Source: Carpediemonas membranifera BICM (taxonomy: Eukaryota > Protista > Fornicata). Taken from it: DNA of 64,000 nucleotides. Numbering within the stretch: position 1 is the stretch's first letter; the number at the start of each line of letters is the position of its first letter. The notes under the pieces are model-generated. The model was not told the origin of the DNA. It saw only the letters and a program-made list of their open reading frames with translations, and ran no database searches. Where the stretch lies: positions 6,972 to 70,971 of the forward strand of contig JAHDYR010000011.1 of the NCBI GenBank assembly GCA_019828565.1, given 5' to 3'. Position numbers and translations under genes: made by a program. Below are positions 43,527 to 52,907 of the stretch, in pieces.

Positions 43527-44445
43527 CTAGCACACGCAGGTCGACGTGTGGATGCCAAAGTAGTGAGTGTGGCAGTGTACTGCAAACTCAGGGTGCTTGA
43601 GCCAGTTGGCCTTCGTGTTGCTGCAGGTCGGGTCCTCGCCAGATCCATCGCATGTCCGGAAGTCAGTAAAGGCCTCATTGTACCAGATCTCACGGGGTGA
43701 GTGGTGGTAGTGCCCGACCATGTGCTTCTCAGCAGGTACGTGGCTATGTAAATGAAGGATTGAGTAGTACAAACGGGACAAGGTCAGCGTAGTGGACAAC
43801 GCGGTAGTGGTAGTCGACTGTCCGGTCAACTAGGTTCTTGAAGGCGCTATCGCCCACACGAGGCTCGCCGAACGTGTAAGTACCGAGGGGAAGGGAGTGG
43901 CTCACGACGCCTGACGTGCGGAGGTCCACAGCGCACAGAGTAGCCATCGCACCGCCAAGGGAGTGGCCGGTGACGTGCACGTTGGTGATGCCGCCCTTGT
44001 GGATGAGCTGGGAGACCTCCTGGTGGATCTCGTTTCGGACTGATTTGTATGCCTTGGCAAATCCGCGGTGCACCTTAGTGTCAGGCCACTCGTGGTACGT
44101 CTCCTGCCAGGCCTCGAAGTTCTCTACCCAGTTAATCGTGTCCTCAGTGCCGCGGAAGGCAATGTGGAGCGTCTTGCCGTTGGCAGTGGACTCCGTGAGA
44201 ATGGCAAGGAAGATGTCGGTGTGCTTGTTCACGATGTAGTGATGGTAATCGATATCATGCAGTCTCTTGCACGTAGGGCAAGTCCAGTTGTCGATCTCAG
44301 ATGCCTTCCCGCAATATGCGACGCATGAAAGCTCCATTGAGTGGCGCGCAAGCTCAGGAGAGTAGGAAGCATCAAGGTCACTGGAATTGATGTTGTAAGC
44401 GAATGCAAGTGCTGCGAAAAGAGTCAAAACAGCTAAAACACGCAT
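43527..44445 (-). CDS. Secreted class 3 lipase, intron 43744-43774
   Basis: Signal peptide, AFRGT, VHRGF, TGHSLGGA, TFGEPRVG, RVVHYADLVP|H, GEDPTCS, H..YFG. Confidence 0.93.
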
Positions 44446-44915
44446 CGGAAGGTGGAGAATATCGTTGGCAAACTATCTGACAACTGAGGAAAGTAGGACT
44501 GAGCAATCTGCAGAATCCAAAATCTGATAGCGTAGTTACGAGATTGTATCTGAGAAGACATAGTCAATGACCACTATGACCTTCATGTGCTCATATCCGG
44601 ACCCATTCGGCCCAGGTCCTGATCAAATATTGCGGGGTCTGCTGCATGCGACCCTGGATAGAATATTGGCATAGTGGTTGACTCAGATATATTGCTCGCA
44701 CTGATCCCTTCACTGCTATCTGTCTCAAGCAGTTGTTGATTGTAAGTAGTAAGTAGTTGGTTCGGATGGACGGAAGGGAATACTCGCCTCAGCGCCATGG
44801 AAAAGTGCAATTGCTGGCCGCTTGCCAAGGCAGACGCTGCTTGACCCAAGCCGTGCTCGCGACTCGGCGACTGACGGAACGAATTGACTGCGCATCACAA
44901 CGAAGGCATTCAGGG

Positions 44916-46673
44916 ATGCCTGTGACGTTTTCCGATCCCAAATGCATAGAACAGTCCATTGTTGTTGCATATCAGTTCTCGTTGGTTGCATCGGCTCATA
45001 TTCCCGACGATATCAGCTCTTTGCTTCTCCAAGCGTACTCCGAGCACTTTGATGAGTACATGCCCACTTTTCCTGATATGGCAGGACCTATAGCTGATTC
45101 TCCCGAGGAATCACGTCGGCATCTTCTTTCCTTGCTCGCTAAAATTCCAGCGCTCCATCGCTCAGGCCAAGAGTGCATCGACTGCGCCCGTTCAATCCTC
45201 GCGGAGCTGCCACAGCCCAGGAAGAGCGTCGAGCCCGTGGAAAATGAGTCTATTCCGCTGGCACTGCACACCCTCCTCCAGGGAACGCTGTGGGCCGTGA
45301 TGATGGCGGGCGGCGCCAACCCAGACCTCGCTGTCGACGATGAGAACGACGTTTCCTCTGAATACTCCGAGGATTGGTCCGACATCTCCCACTCTAACGC
45401 TGACTACGGCCACGGCCACGATGACCCTGCCTCCACCGACCAGCGGGACATACCCACACCCGAGCCTGCCGATGTCCAGGTGGATGGGGCCGTCACAGAG
45501 CCCAGCACATACGAGGAGGCTGTATTCCGGCTCCCCCTGCCCGACACCCGTCCCTGGTGGTTCCTCTGCAAACAAGTGTTCCAGTCCCTCGAGGCGGCTG
45601 AGGCTGAGGGTGACGTGCTACTTACAGAGGACGAGCAGCTTTGTGTCTGCCGCACATTTCGCCAGCGGTCTTTTATCCACCTCGCTGACGAGGCCGACCC
45701 AGTTTTTTATTTCTTGCGGGTTCCCCCGGTGGACAGAGTTTTCTCAGTCACCGGCATGACATTTATAATTGTAACTCTCGCGGGTACATACGGGGTTGGG
45801 GCTAATGAGGTCGACGAGCTTGGCATGACTGGCGATTTCATCCCAAACCCAACCCGCCTCACCTTCCCCGCCTGCCCCATGGTCGCCGAGCACGAGGCCA
45901 GCCTGCCCCCCTGGGAGAAACATCGGCTAGTGGCCACGGTGGCGCTCTCAGAATACTGTACTTTCATCCTCACTCCTGTATGTCTGATCGTCGCCGGGGC
46001 CGACATTCAATGGTACACGGGTCCGGTAGAAGACGACTGCGTCTTCAACCCCGTGCCAATTCCACTTAACTCAAAGATTGAGTCAATCGTATCTCGAGAT
46101 TTCCTGTTGATGCTTTCAATTTTGCGAATGAGTTCGAAAGGACACCCTCACCATCGAATACTGATCAGTGGTGACAACGAACATGGCCAGCTGGCGCTAG
46201 GACACCAGAATGAGATGACTGGCCTCGTCATGCTGCCGTTCAGGGCCCAAACTGTGATAGCTCAGGCCGAGTTCAATGTATTTGTTACATCCAGACATGT
46301 AATGTTCTCCGGACTAGTACCAGAGTTTATTGAGCGGTCCGGCTTCCTTCCCGGCCATCCTGCCGGTACTGTTTGCTCAACAGCCACTCCGCTAACCTTC
46401 CCCGTCCAAATTCGGGGATTTATGTGTTATGGCGAGTATATGTGCCTTATAACTGATGCCGAGACTACCCTATGTATTGAGCGTGGTACACAGCGGTACA
46501 CACTCCCCTTTGAGGCAATTGCCGCCTCATTCACCACTGGTCGGTTCTTCAGGAACATGTCGGGCGGATGGTTCGTTATCGTTGGGGTAGAGGACGGTGA
46601 GCCGTTGCTGGAACCGTGCCGCCGGCCTCCCTTTGCTTGTGCGGTCGTTCCTGTCGTCACGGAGGCCGGGTAA
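44916..46673 (+). CDS. RCC1-like repeat protein
   Basis: SGDNEHGQLALGH and YGVGANEVDELG repeat-like motifs; start set at the first ATG in frame. Confidence 0.65.
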   Translation: MPVTFSDPKCIEQSIVVAYQFSLVASAHIPDDISSLLLQAYSEHFDEYMPTFPDMAGPIADSPEESRRHLLSLLAKIPALHRSGQECIDCARSILAELPQPRKSVEPVENESIPLALHTLLQGTLWAVMMAGGANPDLAVDDENDVSSEYSEDWSDISHSNADYGHGHDDPASTDQRDIPTPEPADVQVDGAVTEPSTYEEAVFRLPLPDTRPWWFLCKQVFQSLEAAEAEGDVLLTEDEQLCVCRTFRQRSFIHLADEADPVFYFLRVPPVDRVFSVTGMTFIIVTLAGTYGVGANEVDELGMTGDFIPNPTRLTFPACPMVAEHEASLPPWEKHRLVATVALSEYCTFILTPVCLIVAGADIQWYTGPVEDDCVFNPVPIPLNSKIESIVSRDFLLMLSILRMSSKGHPHHRILISGDNEHGQLALGHQNEMTGLVMLPFRAQTVIAQAEFNVFVTSRHVMFSGLVPEFIERSGFLPGHPAGTVCSTATPLTFPVQIRGFMCYGEYMCLITDAETTLCIERGTQRYTLPFEAIAASFTTGRFFRNMSGGWFVIVGVEDGEPLLEPCRRPPFACAVVPVVTEAG

Positions 46674-46853
46674 ACTGCTCATGGGCCTTGAACCTTGGAT
46701 ATAGGCTCAGTCAGACTGGGAGTTGAAGGAATGGCTTAAGCCTCTATTTATGCCGTTGGTTGGTGTCAAAGATGGTCAACGGGGGTCAATTTTTCTCAAA
46801 ATTGGCATTTTCGACAAGTAGGCTCCACGATCTGACAGTGAAGATTCGGCAAG

Positions 46854-47657
46854 ATGCAGCCAAAACCACGAACAACGGCAGAATTAGCATTATTTCTGTC
46901 GCAAAATCACACTGCATCCGAGATTGCTGGAATGCTTTCGATGCGGAAGCGGGATGTCAAACAGCTTCTCCGATGTGCACAACAGGAGGAAAATATCCAG
47001 TATCTGAACGTAGTGATCCCTCAACCAGCTCTTGTGGATAAGAAGAAGCGTCCTCCAGCAAAAGTGGCTCCTATAGTATCTTTTGAGAATGCGCCAGAAT
47101 ACCGCAACAGATACGGCGTGCTGATTGACTCTGCGCGGAGTCAGCTGACACACGATGAGTCTCTGCAGATCCTAGACGAGCTCGAGTCCATCCCGCCCTC
47201 TGCAGAGAACAGCTTCGTTGCTTACTCGCACCGCACCCCGCGCGGTGGCTCTTTCGCTCCGGCCATTAACGAAGGGGCTGGGTCTCAGTCGTTCTCGGAG
47301 TATGCAGACGACGAGTACTCGGACAAGGGGTCGATCTCCGCCTCGTCTGATGAGGAGAGTGCCAGTGAGTTTGACAGGGACAGCCGCAGAAGACAAGACT
47401 CGCCCGAGTCGTCCTTTGACATGTCCAAGGTCACTTTCGAGCACGTTGAGGCTGCCCCGTCGATGCTGTTGACTGTTCCAGAGTCTAACAATGACCGTAG
47501 CCGCGCTAGCACTGGGCGATCGGCAGGTAAGACTGTCACCCTCAACGGGGTCTGGTCGGTCAAGCAGATTCCGACGTGGCGGTGGGATCTTCGGATACGA
47601 GCGAAGATCAACAGATTCGTGAAGAAAGTAGTTGACAAGCTGCTCGGATTGGACTAG
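46854..47657 (+). CDS. Hypothetical protein with a possible N-terminal helix-turn-helix
   Basis: 267-aa ORF; HTASEIAGMLSMRKRDVKQLL. Confidence 0.55.
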   Translation: MQPKPRTTAELALFLSQNHTASEIAGMLSMRKRDVKQLLRCAQQEENIQYLNVVIPQPALVDKKKRPPAKVAPIVSFENAPEYRNRYGVLIDSARSQLTHDESLQILDELESIPPSAENSFVAYSHRTPRGGSFAPAINEGAGSQSFSEYADDEYSDKGSISASSDEESASEFDRDSRRRQDSPESSFDMSKVTFEHVEAAPSMLLTVPESNNDRSRASTGRSAGKTVTLNGVWSVKQIPTWRWDLRIRAKINRFVKKVVDKLLGLD

Positions 47658-47743
47658 GCCCTGCCCCATTGTTTGCTTAGCTTCTTATTCGTCTGTTGGA
47701 CGACGATATGTGTCATAAAGACCGAAACACTGTTTATTCTTGC

Positions 47744-50700
47744 CTACAACAGAACGATCTTCACAAGCTTGGCAACATCGATGCCAACACCGAACACATT
47801 CTCTGATTCAACATCGTCAATGAGGTCGATAACGTCATCAGCAATGTCGACACCGTGGATGACAATCTTGACAAGCTTCTCCCACCATGACAGTGAGGCG
47901 CCTGAGATCTCGGCAGCGAGCTTGAGAATCAACTCAGCAATCTCCTCGACGTCGCAGTCGCTGATGAGCTTCTCCATCTGATCCATCGCCTGTGCGAGGT
48001 CGTGGACGCAGTCCTTGTAGCCATGGCTCCTGAGTGCTCTGTACGCTTCCATAAAGTCGTTCCAGACAACCTCGCCGTCGTGCTTGCACTGGTGGACGTT
48101 GGGCAGGATCATGTTGAGGCCCTGGACGGCGCCGCTGAGGAGGAGGCACCACTTATCGTCCTCGCAGTGGGTGTCGAGGTCGGACTTGACAATAGACATG
48201 ATCGAGCCGAGGGTCTGGCCGAAGGCGGCGTAGTCACCAGACTTGAAGCTGGTGGAGGCAAGTTGGAGGTCCTCGAAGATGTTGATGCCAGCGACGAGGA
48301 TCTTGAGGTCACCAGTGATACCTTCAGTCTTGCCGAGCTTGAAGAGCTTGGCGAAGTTGTTGAGGTCGTCCTCGAGGTGGGGGATGAGGCAGGTCTTGGT
48401 GGCGGAGGCGACGTCCTCGAGGCCGAGGTTGAATGCCTTGAAGGCGGCGTCCCACTTCTCTTCCTCGATGTACTTGACGCCCTGCTCGAACGCGGTCATG
48501 GCCTGCTCGAGGGTCGAGGCGCAGGGAGCGAAGTCAATGATAGCCTCGCTGACCGCAGAGAGAATTCCCTCAGCGAACTTGCAGCCGCGGGAGGTGCAGC
48601 CGATGGAACGGAGAGCAGAGACGACGTTGCCGATGTTCTTGCCCATGTCAGTGATGTCGCCCTTCTCGTACGACTTGTAGGCGTCGTCGATGTCGTCAAA
48701 GAGGTCGAGGCCGCCAACGAGGATCTTGACGATGCCCTCAGCCTCGGAGACCTTGGAGCCCTTGATGTGAGAGGCCTCCTGGTCGAAGAGCTCGGCGAGC
48801 TGGGTCAGGTGGCAGGCAGAGACGCCCTGGGAGATCTCATGGAGGCCGTTGCCGAAGTCATCGATGGTGCGGGACCAGTGGCCGGCCTTGGCAGAGGCGA
48901 TACCGTCCTCAAAGGCGTTGAATGCGGAGTCGAAGTCAGACTCGCACGTCTCGAGGTCGGGCAGGACGATGTTGAGGGCCTGGAGGAGGCCGACGACGAG
49001 CTGGCAGCCCTCGGACTTGCAGGAGGCTCCGCGGATCTGGGAGAGGAAGTCACCGATAGCCAGACCGGCACCGGCGAAGTCGTGGTTGGCGAGGTCCTCA
49101 GAGGCCTTGTAGACATCGTCGTAGATGTCGACGCCCTTGACAATGAGCTTGGCGTACTTGCCGATGCCAGAGACGTCCGCCTTGGTGAGGTGGGACGCCT
49201 CTGTCTGGATCAGCTGGGCGAGCTCGGGCAGTTCGCAGTCCTGGACGGCAGCACCGAACTTGTCGAGGCCGGTGGCGACGTCCTGGATGCCAGTAGCGAT
49301 GTGGCCGCCAGTGATGGTGGTGAAGCCGGTCTTGATGTCGTCGTAGCCGTCCTCGAGGTCCTTAGAGCACTTGGATAGGTCGGGGAAAAAGATGTTGGCG
49401 CCCTCGAGGATACCCTCGATGACGATGCAAGCCTCGGAAGTGCAAGAAGAGGCGCGGAGCTCAGCAACGATTGTACCGCAAAGAGTGCCGAACTTGACGT
49501 AGTCGTGTGCATCAAGGGCCTTGACAGCGTCGTAGATGTAGTTAGCAAGGTCGACATCGTTGACAATAACCTTGACGTCGTCGGAGAGCACGTGAATGTC
49601 AGCGCCAAAGATCTGCTGGGCCTCAGTGACGATGAGCTTGGACAGATCGATGAAACCGCAGTCGTTGGCAGCGTTGCCGAGGGTACGGAGGCCCGTGCCG
49701 AACGCGGAGACGGCCTCCTGGTACTGGGAGCGGTCCCAGAGGGCGGCGGCGTTGTGGAGCTGGGTGCCGGCCTTCTCGATGTCGCCAACGCACGGGGTGA
49801 GGTCCTTAGCGATAAAGTCGAGCACGCGGAGGACACCGGCGGCGGTCTGGCAGGCGGTAGTGGAGCACTTGATGAGGGGCAGGAGGTATCCGACAAGGGT
49901 GGCGACGTCGGAGGCAAAGGCGTCAGTGGCGCCGGCCTCCCAGTCCTGGTGCATCTTCTCGAGGGTATGGGCGATGTTCTGGCCGTCAATGTAGAGCTCG
50001 ACGCCCTTGTTGACGTCAACAGAGGCAGTCTTGAGGAGAGCGGCGAACTGGGTGAAGACCTGGTCGAGATCGCCCAGATCACAGTCAGAGATGCCGGTGG
50101 CGATCTCGTCGAAGGCCGTGGCGAGGTACTTGGCGGCGTTCTCGTAGTCGTGCTTCTTCCAGGCAGCCGAGAAGGTCTCAAACTGCTTGTAAATGGTCAG
50201 GCCGTCGTTGAGGCATGTCTCAACCTCAGCAGCGGTAGCGGCGGTCTCCTGGACGATCTTGTTGAGGGTCTTCAGGACGTCCTGGACCTGCTTGCAGGTG
50301 TTGTTGGTGCAAGTGATGAGCTGGAGGAGGTAGCCGGTCAGGGTGGAGAAGTCGGCGGCAAAGTCCTTGATGTCGTCGTTAGTCCAATCCTGCTCGAGCT
50401 TCTCGACCACGGCGAAAATGTTCTTGCCGTCCACATAGATGGCAACGCCCTCCTTGAGGTCAACGGAAGCAGTCTTGAGGACAGCAGCGATCTGAGTGAA
50501 GATCTGATCAACGTCCTTGAGGTCGCAGTCGGAGATGGTCGTGGAAAGGGTGGTGAACACGTGAGCGAGGTCGGTGGCGGCGTTCTGGTAGTCCTTGGAC
50601 TTCCAGGCATCAGCGAAGGTTACGAAATGATCGTAGACATTGTCAATGTCCTGAACGCATGTCTTGATCGACTCGGAAGCACCAAAGTCGGTCAGAACCT

Positions 50701-50830
50701 TCTCGAGAGCCGCCGTGATCTTGTCGGCATCGATAGCACCGATCCTGCCGGTGTCAATGCCAGATTTCTGGGCGAATACGTTAACAACGAGAACTGCTGC
50801 CAAAATAAACAAGGCAAACGCGATTCTCAT
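47744..50830 (-). CDS. Secreted alpha-helical repeat protein (~7 x 140 aa with conserved Cys)
   Basis: Signal peptide; recurring C..D / DC.L / I.V.G.(D/N)I pattern; strong C-ending codon bias. Confidence 0.85.
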   Translation of the reverse strand: MRIAFALFILAAVLVVNVFAQKSGIDTGRIGAIDADKITAALEKVLTDFGASESIKTCVQDIDNVYDHFVTFADAWKSKDYQNAATDLAHVFTTLSTTISDCDLKDVDQIFTQIAAVLKTASVDLKEGVAIYVDGKNIFAVVEKLEQDWTNDDIKDFAADFSTLTGYLLQLITCTNNTCKQVQDVLKTLNKIVQETAATAAEVETCLNDGLTIYKQFETFSAAWKKHDYENAAKYLATAFDEIATGISDCDLGDLDQVFTQFAALLKTASVDVNKGVELYIDGQNIAHTLEKMHQDWEAGATDAFASDVATLVGYLLPLIKCSTTACQTAAGVLRVLDFIAKDLTPCVGDIEKAGTQLHNAAALWDRSQYQEAVSAFGTGLRTLGNAANDCGFIDLSKLIVTEAQQIFGADIHVLSDDVKVIVNDVDLANYIYDAVKALDAHDYVKFGTLCGTIVAELRASSCTSEACIVIEGILEGANIFFPDLSKCSKDLEDGYDDIKTGFTTITGGHIATGIQDVATGLDKFGAAVQDCELPELAQLIQTEASHLTKADVSGIGKYAKLIVKGVDIYDDVYKASEDLANHDFAGAGLAIGDFLSQIRGASCKSEGCQLVVGLLQALNIVLPDLETCESDFDSAFNAFEDGIASAKAGHWSRTIDDFGNGLHEISQGVSACHLTQLAELFDQEASHIKGSKVSEAEGIVKILVGGLDLFDDIDDAYKSYEKGDITDMGKNIGNVVSALRSIGCTSRGCKFAEGILSAVSEAIIDFAPCASTLEQAMTAFEQGVKYIEEEKWDAAFKAFNLGLEDVASATKTCLIPHLEDDLNNFAKLFKLGKTEGITGDLKILVAGINIFEDLQLASTSFKSGDYAAFGQTLGSIMSIVKSDLDTHCEDDKWCLLLSGAVQGLNMILPNVHQCKHDGEVVWNDFMEAYRALRSHGYKDCVHDLAQAMDQMEKLISDCDVEEIAELILKLAAEISGASLSWWEKLVKIVIHGVDIADDVIDLIDDVESENVFGVGIDVAKLVKIVLL

Positions 50831-51011
50831 TGTAATATCGTCGGAAAGATTGTGGATAGGATAAACTGCGAAAGAAATAATTTGACTCGATCAAACAGAC
50901 CCGATGCAGAAACGACCCGCCTATACTAGAGGCGGACCCTGAAAGTCATCCCAAGTTTTGATTTTATTTCGATCTCCTCATCGAATGATCAAATAATTAC
51001 GACCGAGTTGA

Positions 51012-52514
51012 TCACATGACGCTCATGGACGCCGTATACGGGTCTAGCATCAGCCCGCCCCTGGTCCTGACGTTGAAGAACGACTTGAGGTCCTTCTTCG
51101 GCGCCTTTCTCAGCCCCGCCCCCAGGTCTAGGGGCAGGCTGTCCGGGGTCATCATCCGGGGCTGCTTCTGGGCCCCAAACAGCGACCAGACCCTGATAGT
51201 CCCGTCACTGCTGCCCGAGGCGACCCTCTTGCCGTCAGACCCGAGGAACATGACCCGACCCCCGTGGGTGGCGACCACCCCCACCTGCTTGATGGCCGAT
51301 GGGCCCTGGAATATGTCGAACTCCCATCGAGTCACGCTGTTCGACGAGAAACCGTGGCCGACACACAGAGCGTTCGTCCGCTCGGACCAGGCGATGGAGC
51401 AGAGCTGGGAGCGGGTGGCGACCTCGGCCAGCATCGCTCCAGTCCGGACGTCCCAGATCCGCAGCTTGCCGTCAGACGACCCGCCGCCTGTGGCAAGGTA
51501 GTGGGGCGAAGCATGTGACCATGCAAAGGCCTTCACCGCAGCCTTGTGGCCGACCAGCTTGACCGGCTCGGCCTGGGGCGTGACGTGGGGCGACCTCCAC
51601 ACAAACACTCGGGCGTCGTTCCCCCCCGTGGCCAGATAGGACCCGTCCTCCGACCACCGGACGCCACACACCTCGGCGTCGTGTGCGCGGGCCTCGTGAA
51701 GGAGGATATCCGAAGTCATCAGGTCGCTGGCGTTCACTAGACGCTTGGTCATGCGGGCGGCTAGGACAATCATGCGATTAACATTGAACGTAAATACAAC
51801 TCCTCGACGGGTGCCCACCGAGAGGACCTTGGAGCACGGTCTGAAGCTGAGCGAGGGGATGCGGCCGCAATTGAGCTGGGTGCGGAAGAGGAGTGTGTGG
51901 GTCGACACGCTGAGCAGGCATAGGGTCGACAGGGACGTCGCCACGGCAATGTACTGGCCGTCCTTGCTCGCTGCGACTGCCGTGACTGCCTCGAGTCGCC
52001 TGTGGTGGGGCGGGGGGACGCTGGGGAGGAGGCGGATGGCGACCTTGCTCAGCCCGTCCTCAGACAGCACGGTGACGCACTGGTCGTGGCCGATGACGAA
52101 GTTGCCCGCCGCCCAGTCGACGACGTTCAAGTAGTAGTCATCCACAATCGTCAGGTTCCTGAACGTGCTCGTCGCCGTCACGTTGTCTGCGCCCTGGGCG
52201 GCCATGCCCACCGTGGTGAGTGGGTGGCGGGGGTTCTGGGGGACTTGCAGCGTCCTTGCTCGTATGGTTGTGTTAAGAGAAGTAGGGCTGTTGGCGTCTT
52301 CGAGGCCGGCGATTGATTGGATGAGCGAGGCTTCATAGGAAGGAAGCTCGGCGCCGTCAGTTTCTTCATTGCGTGCAAAGGAAGCTATTGGAGTGTAAGA
52401 TTGGCGAATCGTCTTTGTTAATGGCGCTCGAGGAGAATTAAAGGATGAGAGGTTTGATATCATGAGTTTGGATGGGCGCTGCGATTGAGAAAACCTTAAG
52501 CTAGCATGGAACAT
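51012..52514 (-). CDS. CDC20: Cdc20/Fizzy-family WD40 protein
   Basis: DDYYLNVVDW, H..EVCGVRWS.DG.YLATGGND, GHKAAVKA.AW, LATGGG.SDG, SQLCSI.WS, GHGFS.N, H.GRV. Confidence 0.85.
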   Translation of the reverse strand: MFHASLRFSQSQRPSKLMISNLSSFNSPRAPLTKTIRQSYTPIASFARNEETDGAELPSYEASLIQSIAGLEDANSPTSLNTTIRARTLQVPQNPRHPLTTVGMAAQGADNVTATSTFRNLTIVDDYYLNVVDWAAGNFVIGHDQCVTVLSEDGLSKVAIRLLPSVPPPHHRRLEAVTAVAASKDGQYIAVATSLSTLCLLSVSTHTLLFRTQLNCGRIPSLSFRPCSKVLSVGTRRGVVFTFNVNRMIVLAARMTKRLVNASDLMTSDILLHEARAHDAEVCGVRWSEDGSYLATGGNDARVFVWRSPHVTPQAEPVKLVGHKAAVKAFAWSHASPHYLATGGGSSDGKLRIWDVRTGAMLAEVATRSQLCSIAWSERTNALCVGHGFSSNSVTRWEFDIFQGPSAIKQVGVVATHGGRVMFLGSDGKRVASGSSDGTIRVWSLFGAQKQPRMMTPDSLPLDLGAGLRKAPKKDLKSFFNVRTRGGLMLDPYTASMSVM

Positions 52515-52907
52515 TGCTTACAGCGCATGGACGAAATTGTTCAAGATCAGCGAAGAAAGAAAGTCTGGCCAAATATCCGAGATATGACGGAATCCAGGGT
52601 CGACTCCAGCAAGGCTGGGGGCGCTGAGCCTGACAATCACATACTGAAGCTTTCGCTACCCTCGGATCCTCCGTTTGTGCGCTTTGACCAATCAGGAAGT
52701 GCAGCTTATGTCACGACTTGCTCATCGTCTGTTCGTGGCTCAACAGCAACATACCCATGGCATATGGCTCTAGAGATGCCATGGGGGTGTGCTATTCCTG
52801 GCATGTCATGAGCCCTCGTGCTATTTTTCAACACGAAATTCGCAGCCAAAAATAAATTATTGCCAGCCTCAACCTCTATATAATGTTTATGACGTGAAAT
52901 ATACAGT

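Noticed and set aside
48002-50929. Long plus-strand ORFs (458 and 474 aa)
   Set aside because: Antisense shadows of the codon-biased secreted protein gene.
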